A DNA stretch of 32,000 nucleotides from Promethearchaeota archaeon (GTDB taxonomy: Archaea > Asgardarchaeota > Lokiarchaeia > Sigyniarchaeales > SOKP01), in assembly GCA_030606485.1 (NCBI GenBank), contig JAUWGH010000004.1:240001-272000 (forward strand), written 5' to 3'. The stretch's first letter is position 1. Each line of letters begins with the position of its first letter. The notes beneath the pieces were generated by a model. That model did no database searches. It saw nothing but the letters and a program-made list of their open reading frames with translations, and was not told the DNA's origin. This document shows, piece by piece, positions 9,916 to 18,488 of this stretch. The translations under genes and the position numbers were made by a program.

Positions 9916-10009
9916 TAGCTCTGGCAGGATTCGAACCTGCGTTTCGGGGTTCAAGGCCCCGAATCCTTAGCCATTATCTTTTTTAATTTGGCCGCTAGAC
10001 GACAGAGCT
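9916..10009 (-). tRNA. tRNA-Gln(UUG) with a 21-nt D-loop intron; CCA not encoded
   Basis: Acceptor stem AGCTCTG/CAGAGCT plus A73 (A1-U72, typical of archaeal tRNA-Gln); T-arm GCAGG-TTCGAAT-CCTGC; anticodon stem CGGGG/CCCCG with loop CCTTGAA (anticodon at 9952-9954). Length is 94 nt, or 73 nt after removing the intron. Confidence 0.92.
9967..9987 (-). other. Non-canonical tRNA intron at position 21/22 (relaxed BHB motif)
   Basis: Intron ATTAAAAAAGATAATGGCTAA. Central helix GGCC/GGCU; cleavage after the second nucleotide of each bulge regenerates the D-arm AGCGGCCAA-GGAU. Confidence 0.85.
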
Positions 10010-10034
10010 TTATTTCTCTCTTACCTTTTTAGAA

Positions 10035-10040
10035 TTATAA
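10035..10040 (-). promoter_or_regulatory. Candidate TATA box of the tRNA-Gln gene
   Basis: TTATAA lies 26-31 nt upstream of mature nucleotide 1. The AT-rich background weakens the call. Confidence 0.35.
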
Positions 10041-10250
10041 TTTAATAATACAATAATTAAAGTTATTTTAAAAGTATTATTTTTCAATTTTCGATAATCT
10101 TAATTTTAATAATTCGATTTAAGCATTAAAAATATATGGATAAATAATATTCATTTTAATCTTGTTATAAAAATAAGTGATTCCGAATAGAGAATAATCA
10201 ATAAATCGTTTTATGTTAATTTACATATAAGAATATTCAAAAAAATTGGT

Positions 10251-10901
10251 TTATTTATTAAATGGAATTAATTTTCTTTGGAAAAAATTGATTTGTTCAA
10301 GAATTTGTTTCCATTTATTTAAAAAAGCAATATCTTCATTTTCATTCCTATATTTATCCGGTAGCATTTGAGGTATTGTTTCAACGATAGGATACCATCT
10401 ATTGCATTTAGAGCAGAATAAAATACCTTCTTCTATTTCTGTGTCGATTTTAAATTTGTTGATGAGATATAATTCAGGGAGAATAGAATTTATAATTTCT
10501 TTTATTTTTTCTTTTTTATCTTCCTTCGAAATTTGGTTTATAGTTGATTCAATTTTTCTCTTGACGCTTGTTTTAAGGAGATCAATACATTTATCAATTG
10601 CTGGTTCTTTTGTAAGATTATTTATATTATTAAGTTCTTGAATGCTTGAATTTATTGCGTTTAAATAATCAACAGATTTTTTAGATTTGAGTGCGATACT
10701 ATCTCTAATTTTTATGTGATTCTCAGTCTCAGAAAATTTTATTAATTCTTCATTATTAATTAATTTTTCATCTCGAATTTTATAAATTTTTAAGAATTCT
10801 TCAATTTCACTTATATTTGTTTCCCATTTTAATATTAGAAGTTCTAAAGGATAATATTTATCTATTGGGCAGGCAAGAATGTCAGAAAGCCAAGGTTTCA
10901 T
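10251..10901 (-). CDS. trm112: Trm112 family methyltransferase activator with a long helical insertion
   Basis: N-terminus MKPWLSDILACPIDKYYPLEL and C-terminus EIEEGILFCSKCNRWYPIVETIPQML form the split zinc-knuckle of Trm112. Confidence 0.88.
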   Translation of the reverse strand: MKPWLSDILACPIDKYYPLELLILKWETNISEIEEFLKIYKIRDEKLINNEELIKFSETENHIKIRDSIALKSKKSVDYLNAINSSIQELNNINNLTKEPAIDKCIDLLKTSVKRKIESTINQISKEDKKEKIKEIINSILPELYLINKFKIDTEIEEGILFCSKCNRWYPIVETIPQMLPDKYRNENEDIAFLNKWKQILEQINFFQRKLIPFNK

Positions 10902-10939
10902 TTAAATCATTTAGGTTATTTACAATTTTGAATATAATT

Positions 10940-12790
10940 TTAATAAATATACGCTTTTAGTTCATGGATTTGGCGATCTATTGCCTTCCGAACTTTTTCT
11001 CGACGTTTAAGAAAATCCCCTAATAATTTTTCATAGGCACTTTTAGAGGGCAGTTTTCCTTTCTTATATCGATTTTCTAGCAAATTTATATTATCTTTTA
11101 AACTAAATCTTTCAGCTTCTAAAAGTTCAAGTTTTTTAAATATGTTTACAAAAATTTTCGTTGATTCTTCTAATATTTTCTTAAGAGGGGTAAGTTCATT
11201 TTCCAGTGATTTTAATTTTGAATCGTACTTCTTTAACTCATTAAGATATTTCTTTTTAGTAAGTCTCTTTCTTTTCACATCATCATCTGCTAGCTGAATA
11301 TTTAGGAAAATTGCATTTTTCTCTTCATATAAGGTAAAAAATTGGCGTAATTCCTTTATTGGAATATCTCTTCTTCTATAAGCATCAATTGGTAATTCTT
11401 CTTTTTTAGTTTTTGTTATTATTACAAAAGATGTGAAAAGAATCATAAATAGAATGGTAAAAATTAAGGGTCTCATTAAAATTTCAAGTAAATTTAAAGT
11501 GTATATAATGTTAATGTGTTTTTCATCAAGTGGTGAAACTATGTCATCAGTAAAAATTAATACCAAATCATCCCCGAGCGTTTCAAATGAATCAGGTTGT
11601 TCAGTTATGGATATAATATTTTCACAACCATCAATAAGAATTTGAATTTCTTGATCATATATAACATAATCGCATTTTGTGAGAAATAAATCGATTGAAA
11701 TAGAATTATAGAGCCAATTAAATACATGATATTCATCATAGGGCAATTGATACCTTATGGAAACATCGAATTTAGAATCCACGTCTAGACTTACTCTATT
11801 TTGTATCAATGAAATTACTAAATCTTTAGTAACTTCATCTGGGTTAGGTTCTGAGTCTAGTGAAGCACCTGCTATTGGGCCTAAATAATCAAATACTTCA
11901 ACTTCTGATACAACAGCTGGAATTAGGAAGGAAAAACTTGAAATAGAAATCGCCCCAGTATTGTGAATTGTGAGTGTTTCATCCACAATTATATAACCTA
12001 GTGAGTTGAATGTAATTTTTCTCAATATTTTATTAATTTGCAATTGAGTGGTTTCAGTATAAGTAAAGCTACCAATAATCGATTTATTATAAAAAGGGTG
12101 CATTAATTTTTTATTAAATTGTAAATAACCACCCTCAAATTTTCCTTCTTCACCCGAAGCATTAATTACATTTATTATTTCTCCGACTTGTGGGTGGGAA
12201 AATAGAATACCAACAGAATCAACCATATAGGGAATAATTGGATATATATTAAAATTAAAAAAAATTTGCTGTTGAGCCATACCTTCTCTAGAAAAATTAT
12301 AAAGGTTTTTGTATGAATGAGTAAAAATAATTGTGGTTTCCTGATTTGGGAGTAATGGAGAATCAAAATAAATGTATGCCATTTTAAATGTCTCAATCAT
12401 TATTTCTGAGAATTGAACATTTAGTGTTTCTGAATATGGCCCTTTTGCATCATAATAGATGAGGTTTTCAAAATATGATTCATCTATACCTATTGTAATA
12501 AAAGAAATTGGGTTATTATAGATATTTTTTATAGTAAATGAATCCTCTGCCTTTAATAATCCATTTCCACTTAATTTTACACTTCTATAGAGCTCTGTAA
12601 TTTGGACACCTTCGAATGTATTCAGAATTGAGGCATTTTTTATTATACTAGGAGTTTGAAAATTTTCATTATTTTTATTTTTAAATACTGAAATTAATGA
12701 ACAAAAAATTAAGAGGGAAAATAAAAACCCAAATAATAAAAAATATTTATTTTTATTGATTCTATAAGCTATTAAATTATGTCTTTTCAA
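10940..12790 (-). CDS. Ribophorin I (Ost1/RPN1) homolog, oligosaccharyltransferase non-catalytic subunit
   Basis: N-terminal hydrophobic signal; two beta-rich halves (ITELYRSVKLSGNG..AEDSFTIKN and INKILRKITFNSLGYIIVDETLTIHNTG); single TM (RPLIFTILFMILFTSFVII); helical/coiled-coil cytoplasmic tail. This matches the ribophorin I architecture. Confidence 0.8.
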   Translation of the reverse strand: MKRHNLIAYRINKNKYFLLFGFLFSLLIFCSLISVFKNKNNENFQTPSIIKNASILNTFEGVQITELYRSVKLSGNGLLKAEDSFTIKNIYNNPISFITIGIDESYFENLIYYDAKGPYSETLNVQFSEIMIETFKMAYIYFDSPLLPNQETTIIFTHSYKNLYNFSREGMAQQQIFFNFNIYPIIPYMVDSVGILFSHPQVGEIINVINASGEEGKFEGGYLQFNKKLMHPFYNKSIIGSFTYTETTQLQINKILRKITFNSLGYIIVDETLTIHNTGAISISSFSFLIPAVVSEVEVFDYLGPIAGASLDSEPNPDEVTKDLVISLIQNRVSLDVDSKFDVSIRYQLPYDEYHVFNWLYNSISIDLFLTKCDYVIYDQEIQILIDGCENIISITEQPDSFETLGDDLVLIFTDDIVSPLDEKHINIIYTLNLLEILMRPLIFTILFMILFTSFVIITKTKKEELPIDAYRRRDIPIKELRQFFTLYEEKNAIFLNIQLADDDVKRKRLTKKKYLNELKKYDSKLKSLENELTPLKKILEESTKIFVNIFKKLELLEAERFSLKDNINLLENRYKKGKLPSKSAYEKLLGDFLKRREKVRKAIDRQIHELKAYIY

Positions 12791-12947
12791 TTTCTGACGA
12801 CTCTTAAAAACTTGAAGATTTTAAATTGAACTTATTTTAATATTTTTTTAAAAATTATTATTAATTCATAAAATTTACTATAGAAATATTTTAGTAATTT
12901 TAAATAATTTAGAGTGCTTATTAATTATATATTTATTAAACCACATT

Positions 12948-13157
12948 TTGATTGATAAAATGTCGCAAAGAAGTAGAAGGAAGAGAAGAAGGTCAAAAGG
13001 TGCGCCTATGCCTCAAAGTGGTGCAGGTCTTATGAGATTTTTCGAAGACAGTTCCATAGGAATAAAAATAGGCCCAATAAGTGCGGTGGTTTTTTCTCTA
13101 TTACTTATTGCAATAGTCATTCTCGCTCATGTGGGTATATTTGATTGGATTCTTTGA
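12948..13157 (+). CDS. secG: Preprotein translocase subunit Sec61beta/SecG (likely start ATG 12960)
   Basis: Basic N-terminus, GAGLMRFFED..IKIGP signature and a single C-terminal TM helix. Confidence 0.93.
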   Translation: MIDKMSQRSRRKRRRSKGAPMPQSGAGLMRFFEDSSIGIKIGPISAVVFSLLLIAIVILAHVGIFDWIL

Positions 13158-13200
13158 GATTACCGTTTTTTATTAAATTTTTTTTAAGTGAGTTGTATAA

Positions 13201-13506
13201 ATGAGAATCTCAGAATTTCAAAAGCTCATAAAAGATATATATTATCATCGGGATAAAGAGAGGGGAGTGTACAAAAATTTTATATGGTTAGTGGAGGAAA
13301 TAGGAGAATTAGCTAGGAATTTAAGGAAGAAGGAATTGGAAATTCCTAACATTTCTGAAGAATTAGCAGATATAATTGCTTGGACAGTATCCATTGCGAA
13401 TATTCTTAATATAGACTTAGAAAAATCTTTGAAGCTAAAATATCCAGATAAATGTTATGTGTGTAATTCAAAGCCGTGTCAATGTAATAAGGAATTTAAA
13501 GGTTAA
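13201..13506 (+). CDS. MazG-like nucleotide pyrophosphohydrolase
   Basis: WLVEEIGELA..EELADIIAW acidic motif and Cys-rich tail CYVCNSKPCQC. Confidence 0.9.
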   Translation: MRISEFQKLIKDIYYHRDKERGVYKNFIWLVEEIGELARNLRKKELEIPNISEELADIIAWTVSIANILNIDLEKSLKLKYPDKCYVCNSKPCQCNKEFKG

Positions 13507-13538
13507 TTTATTAACTATTATGGATTCTTCACTGCATA

Positions 13539-14552
13539 ATGGGAAAAATAATGAATATTGAAGGAAAAAATGTTTTAATTACGGGAGGTGCTGGTTTTAT
13601 CGGTTCTCATTTAGTAGATCGATTTATTAAAGAAGGAGCTAGTAAAGTAATTGTATACGATAATTTCTCAACTGGTAATCGAAATTTTCTTGAAAAAAAG
13701 CCTATAGAAATTATAAAAGGCGATATTTTAAACTATAAAAAATTGGAAGAGAGTATGAAAGATGTGGATTTAGTCTCACATCATGCCGCTGAACTTGAGG
13801 TTTTTACCGGAATTGAAAATACACTCCATGATTTACGGACTAATATTGAAGGAACTATAAATGTATTAAATGCTGCAATTGAAAATGATGTTGAAAAATT
13901 AATTTATGCTTCTTCTGGAGGTGTTTATGGGCAAGCTCAATTTACTCCAGAACCAGAGAATCATCCATTAATGCCTCATTGGCCCTATGGAGTGAGCAAA
14001 TTAGCGGGAGAAAAATATTGCCTTCAATATTATTTATTATATGGTTTATCAACTACTTCACTTCGGTATGGAATTGTATATGGACCGAGAGAGTGGTATG
14101 GAAGAGTATTAACATTATTTATTAAAAGAGTTTTAGAGGGAAAGGCACCGATAATATTTGGAGATGGAAAACAAGTTCGAGATTATGTATATATTAATGA
14201 TGCGGTTGATGCCAATATTCTTGCGTTAAAAAGTGAAAAAGCGAATGGGAAAGTATATAATGTTGGAGGAAAAGAATTTTATTCAATTAATGAAGTTGCT
14301 GAGATTGTTATTAAACTTATAAGTCCTAAATTAAAACCAATTTATGATGATCCGAAACCAGGTGAATCTAGCAAATATCAACCTAATCGAAAAAGATTAC
14401 CTGGAGAATTGAGAGATTTTATTTTAGATAGTTCTTTAATTTCTAAAGAATTAGATTATGAACCTAAAACTAAGTTTGAAGAAGGCGTTAAAAAAGAAGT
14501 AGAATGGATTAGGGAAAATTTGGAACAGTGGAATTGTCAACCTAGGGTTTAA
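13539..14552 (+). CDS. NAD-dependent NDP-sugar epimerase/dehydratase (extended SDR, GalE-like)
   Basis: TGGAGFIGSH, ASSGGVYG, YGVSK (YxxxK) and GDGKQVRDYVY. Confidence 0.92.
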   Translation: MGKIMNIEGKNVLITGGAGFIGSHLVDRFIKEGASKVIVYDNFSTGNRNFLEKKPIEIIKGDILNYKKLEESMKDVDLVSHHAAELEVFTGIENTLHDLRTNIEGTINVLNAAIENDVEKLIYASSGGVYGQAQFTPEPENHPLMPHWPYGVSKLAGEKYCLQYYLLYGLSTTSLRYGIVYGPREWYGRVLTLFIKRVLEGKAPIIFGDGKQVRDYVYINDAVDANILALKSEKANGKVYNVGGKEFYSINEVAEIVIKLISPKLKPIYDDPKPGESSKYQPNRKRLPGELRDFILDSSLISKELDYEPKTKFEEGVKKEVEWIRENLEQWNCQPRV

Positions 14553-14560
14553 TTTTTAAG

Positions 14561-14566
14561 GGAGGT
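14561..14566 (+). promoter_or_regulatory. Shine-Dalgarno GGAGGT
   Basis: GGAGGT is followed by 9 nt and then the TTG start at 14576. Confidence 0.6.
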
Positions 14567-14575
14567 ATTAAAATA

Positions 14576-15649
14576 TTGAAAATTTGGTTAGATTTTTGTG
14601 AGCCTAAAAGTGTTACAATGCTTAGACCTCTTTATGAAAAATTAATGAAGGATAATGACGTTTTCATAACTGCGAGGGATTTTGATTCGACCTATTATTT
14701 ATTAAATAAATGGGGAGTAGATTATATTCCTGTAGGAAAGTATGGTGGGAGAACTGTACTTGGTAAATTAGAGGCATATTCAAAGAGACTGTCAGATCTA
14801 ATTGAAGTTATTAGTAGGGAAAAACCAGAATTTTTATTTTGTATAACAAGTCCAGAGGCATTACGAATTTCCTTTGGGCTCCAGATTCCTAATATAATGT
14901 TTAATGATGAACCAAGATCTTACGGACCATGTTCTACAACATTCCCCTACGTAAATCAAATTATTGTCCCAAAATGTATTCCATTAAAATTATATTTAGA
15001 ATATGGGCTTAAAGAAGAAAAAATAATTAGATTTAATGGAATTGATGAGGTTGGATGGCTTTCAGACTTTAAACCAGATGAAAGCGTATTAAATTATTTA
15101 AATTTAACAAAAGATTATTATGTAATTTGCCGAACAGAACCTACTAAGGCTGGTTATTTAGCTAATAAAATGAAACCTCATGAAACTCAATTATCGGAGA
15201 TAATACCCGAATTATTACAGCATACATCTGATTTTAAATTTTTAATCATAACGCGAAGTGAGGAACAATATAATTTTCTTAAGTTAAAATTTAAGGATTA
15301 TATTAATATTGATAACGTTAGGATATATCAAGGATTAGATAATTTAGCCCAAATAATGTATTTTGCGAAATTAGTAATTACTGGCGGTGGAACTATGGTG
15401 AGAGAATCTGCTTTATTAGGTGTGCCTTCTATTGAATTTTTTCCTTTAGAAACTTATCCACAAGAGCAATTTCTTATGGATAATGGCTTTCCTTTAAAAC
15501 ATTTTCATTTAGCAAAAGATTCTGTCAATCAGGCAATTAAATATTTAGAAAGTAATTACAAAATTGATACTTTTGAAAAAATTAGAAAATTAGACAATCC
15601 AATTGAAATAGGTATAACTAAATTTAAAGAAAGAATTTCTAAATCTTAA
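14576..15649 (+). CDS. DUF354 family GT-B-fold protein
   Basis: MKIWLDF...VFITARDF N-terminus and VITGGGTMVRESALLGVPSI; TTG start supported by a Shine-Dalgarno sequence. Confidence 0.85.
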   Translation: MKIWLDFCEPKSVTMLRPLYEKLMKDNDVFITARDFDSTYYLLNKWGVDYIPVGKYGGRTVLGKLEAYSKRLSDLIEVISREKPEFLFCITSPEALRISFGLQIPNIMFNDEPRSYGPCSTTFPYVNQIIVPKCIPLKLYLEYGLKEEKIIRFNGIDEVGWLSDFKPDESVLNYLNLTKDYYVICRTEPTKAGYLANKMKPHETQLSEIIPELLQHTSDFKFLIITRSEEQYNFLKLKFKDYINIDNVRIYQGLDNLAQIMYFAKLVITGGGTMVRESALLGVPSIEFFPLETYPQEQFLMDNGFPLKHFHLAKDSVNQAIKYLESNYKIDTFEKIRKLDNPIEIGITKFKERISKS

Positions 15650-16766
15650 GGAATTCTTGATAAATGTCTAATAAATTTTTACCAAAAGACTCCATAGAAT
15701 ACTTTTTAATTAGATCTTGGGATTTATTTATTAAATTTTTTTTAATTTCTTCCTTCTTAAAATAGTATTTGATTTTTTCTGCCAATAATTCGGGTTCTTT
15801 CGGGGGAACAAAAATAGCATTATCACCTAATATCTCTCTATATGCTGGAAGATTTGAACAAATTACTGGGGTTCCACATGCAATAGATTCGATTGGAGTT
15901 AAACCAAATCCTTCGGATGCATTAGAATAAGTAACGAACACATCTGCCATGGAATAGTAATGTTGAATCTTTTTTTCTGGAATAATTCCTACAAATTTTA
16001 TATCTTTATATTTTTCTTTCCAACTTTGATATATACTTGCCATTTTTAATGTAGGTTTTCCCCCAATAACTAAATTTAGATCAGGGATTTCCTTTTTTAC
16101 TAAGTGATAGGCTTTAATAATATCATCTATACCTTTATAAAATGCGATACGTCCGATATAAAGAATAGTTCGTCCCTTTAAATTCAATTTTTCTTTTAGA
16201 GAAAAGCCTTGTTTAGGATAAGGTTTAAATTTTGGATCGATTGGATTATATACACATATAATTTTTTTAATATCAAGTCGTCGAATGTAATATTTCAAAC
16301 CCATTCTAATTATATTTGAAGGAGTTATTATTTTTTTAGCTCTAAAAGCATTTAATTTTTCTAACATTGGTAAAATTGGGATTTTTGAAAAACTTGTTTC
16401 AAAAGGTCCTAGATCGTGAATAGTAGTAAGATATTTTCTAAAAAGAAATGGAATACTTACCCTAGATCCATTACCATGAATTATATCAAATTTTTGTTTG
16501 TTTAAAATTCTGAAAACACTTAATATGAATTGAGGGAACCAAAAAAATCTCTTTCTAATAATATTTATTTGAATTATATTTGGATCTTTTAAATCAACAT
16601 TCCATTTTGCAGTGATAACCTTTATGTTATAGCCATTATCGTTTAAATAATTATAGATAGAGGTAGCAATTTTTGCAGATCCATCTTTTTTATCAGGAAA
16701 AAAGGCAAGAGATACAAGACAGATTTTTATGGGATTATTTTTGCTTAATTTGCCTTTTTTTCGCAT
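15639..16766 (-). CDS. Glycosyltransferase family 4
   Basis: YIGRIAFYKG and EGFGLTPIESIACGTPVI (EX7E motif); overlaps the convergent DUF354 gene by 11 bp. Confidence 0.92.
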   Translation of the reverse strand: MRKKGKLSKNNPIKICLVSLAFFPDKKDGSAKIATSIYNYLNDNGYNIKVITAKWNVDLKDPNIIQINIIRKRFFWFPQFILSVFRILNKQKFDIIHGNGSRVSIPFLFRKYLTTIHDLGPFETSFSKIPILPMLEKLNAFRAKKIITPSNIIRMGLKYYIRRLDIKKIICVYNPIDPKFKPYPKQGFSLKEKLNLKGRTILYIGRIAFYKGIDDIIKAYHLVKKEIPDLNLVIGGKPTLKMASIYQSWKEKYKDIKFVGIIPEKKIQHYYSMADVFVTYSNASEGFGLTPIESIACGTPVICSNLPAYREILGDNAIFVPPKEPELLAEKIKYYFKKEEIKKNLINKSQDLIKKYSMESFGKNLLDIYQEFLKI

Positions 16767-16812
16767 AATAATCTTATTTCTATTATTGGCTTATTTGAAT
16801 ATTTGATTTAAT

Positions 16813-17856
16813 CTAAGTTAATTGTGTGCATCCATCCTTGGTAATTAATACTGTTTCTTCATGTTGTGAAATATAGACGCCTTTCCTTTCAAGAAGTACA
16901 GGATATTGAGTGATTTTCCCTGAATTTTTTAGCTCTTGTAATCCAAAGCTAATACCAGTTTTTAATTCAGCTATAAGTTGTCGCTCACAAAAAGGTAATG
17001 TTTTATATTCTTTTGAGATAAATCCTAAAATTTTTCTGGAAATTTTTCGTCTTAAAGGAACTCTCCCAGCAGAAGGATTTAGGCTATAAATATGCACATT
17101 TCCGGACCCATGAACCGTTCCTTCCCCAGTAGAAGCAAAAACTTCAACGGCATATACTTCATTTTCTTCAATTTCTATTCCATGTTTTGAGCTTTGGTTT
17201 GGAAGTTCTTTTGATCCATGAACTCTCCATCGTTCTACAGAATGACCTCCCAACTCCTTTATCGATTTAAATCCATAACCTTTAATTATTTGTTCAATTT
17301 TATTACCAATCTCATTGGTCTTAACACCAGGTTTCATCATCATTATTGCTGCCTTAACCGCTACTTCTGGTGCTTCTACTAAATCTTTTAGCGCTTCATC
17401 CTCATTAAAACTTAAAGTAAATGCATTATCAACGCAAAAACCATCGATATGAACTCCAAAATCGATTTTAACAATATCTCCCTCATTTATCACCATCTCA
17501 TCTTTTATAGGTGAAGTATAATGTGCAGCAATGTTATTGACGCAGATATTGATTGGAAAAGCAAGTTTAGCTTCCAGATCAAAAATCATATTCTCAATTT
17601 CTTTTATTATGTCAATTGCTTTTACACCGACTTTTATTTTGGGGCGAATAGCGTCTTTTATTTTTTTGGCGATTTCTCCTGCTTTTTTGGTCAATTCAAT
17701 CTTTTTTTTTAATTCTTCTTCCTCTTCTTTCTTTTTATCATCTGGTGATTCTTTCACAATTGGTTTTTCTTTATAATCTTCTTTTTCTTTATTCTGTTGT
17801 TCAGTTGAATTTTCTATTCGATTTTTAACTATTTTTGGAGCTTTCTTTTCACTCAT
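16813..17856 (-). CDS. map: Methionine aminopeptidase type II with a charged N-terminal extension
   Basis: AAHYT, KIDFGVHIDG, DNAFT, GGHS, AVEVF and QHEET metal ligands; type II insertion present. Confidence 0.95.
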   Translation of the reverse strand: MSEKKAPKIVKNRIENSTEQQNKEKEDYKEKPIVKESPDDKKKEEEEELKKKIELTKKAGEIAKKIKDAIRPKIKVGVKAIDIIKEIENMIFDLEAKLAFPINICVNNIAAHYTSPIKDEMVINEGDIVKIDFGVHIDGFCVDNAFTLSFNEDEALKDLVEAPEVAVKAAIMMMKPGVKTNEIGNKIEQIIKGYGFKSIKELGGHSVERWRVHGSKELPNQSSKHGIEIEENEVYAVEVFASTGEGTVHGSGNVHIYSLNPSAGRVPLRRKISRKILGFISKEYKTLPFCERQLIAELKTGISFGLQELKNSGKITQYPVLLERKGVYISQHEETVLITKDGCTQLT

Positions 17857-18042
17857 TATTTCTTATTCATCATTAATATTAATCAAATTCTAAAATTAAT
17901 TATTAAATATTCTAAACACTAATTAAAATTAATTGATAAAATATAAATTACATTAAAGAAAAATAAAAAATATAAATTAATTTAATGAGATATTAATTTT
18001 ATTAATGTTAACATTTTAAAAATTTTTGATTTTTGATTAAAA

Positions 18043-18435
18043 TTGTCAGAAAACCTTTTGGAACTTTCAAATATACTTCGACAAATGGAAGCAATGAATT
18101 CTGAAATTCAAGGTAGCGCTATTGTTAGTATTCAAGGATTACCAATAGCTAGCGCCCTCCCAAGATTAAGAACTGAATATGGAGGAGAAACTAATGATGG
18201 AATTATCTCAGCAATGAGCGCCGCTATTATATCAGTATCAGAGAGAGCCGTATCTGAGTTAGCCCGTGGAAATTTTAAAAGAATTATGATTGAAGGAGAT
18301 GAGGGCTTAATTATTTTATCAAGGGCAGGAAATAATGCGATTCTCTGTGTATTAACAGCTCAAAATCCTTCTTTGGGCATGGTTTTCTTAAATATTACTG
18401 CTGCTTCTAAAAAAGTAGCTAATTTATTAGATTGA
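18043..18435 (+). CDS. Roadblock/LC7 (MglB-like) domain protein
   Basis: GSAIVSIQGLPIASAL, ISAMSAAIISVSERAVSEL..G.FKRIMIEGDEG.IIL..AG. Confidence 0.92.
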   Translation: MSENLLELSNILRQMEAMNSEIQGSAIVSIQGLPIASALPRLRTEYGGETNDGIISAMSAAIISVSERAVSELARGNFKRIMIEGDEGLIILSRAGNNAILCVLTAQNPSLGMVFLNITAASKKVANLLD

Positions 18436-18488
18436 AAGTATGTTTATGGCGTTTCTCTTAGAAGTGGTATGTTCAATTTATTCAAATC

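Noticed and set aside
9940-9966. Alternative tRNA identities (Glu, Ser-UGA, Sec-UCA, Lys-CUU) or a plus-strand reading
   Set aside because: The T-arm fixes the minus strand, only the CGGGG/CCCCG stem gives a 7-nt loop (anticodon UUG), A1-U72 fits Gln, and the variable loop is short.
17857-18042. Palindrome AATGTTAACATT (18004-18015) and other AT-rich symmetry in intergenic DNA
   Set aside because: Short, mostly A/T palindromes are expected by chance at this base composition.
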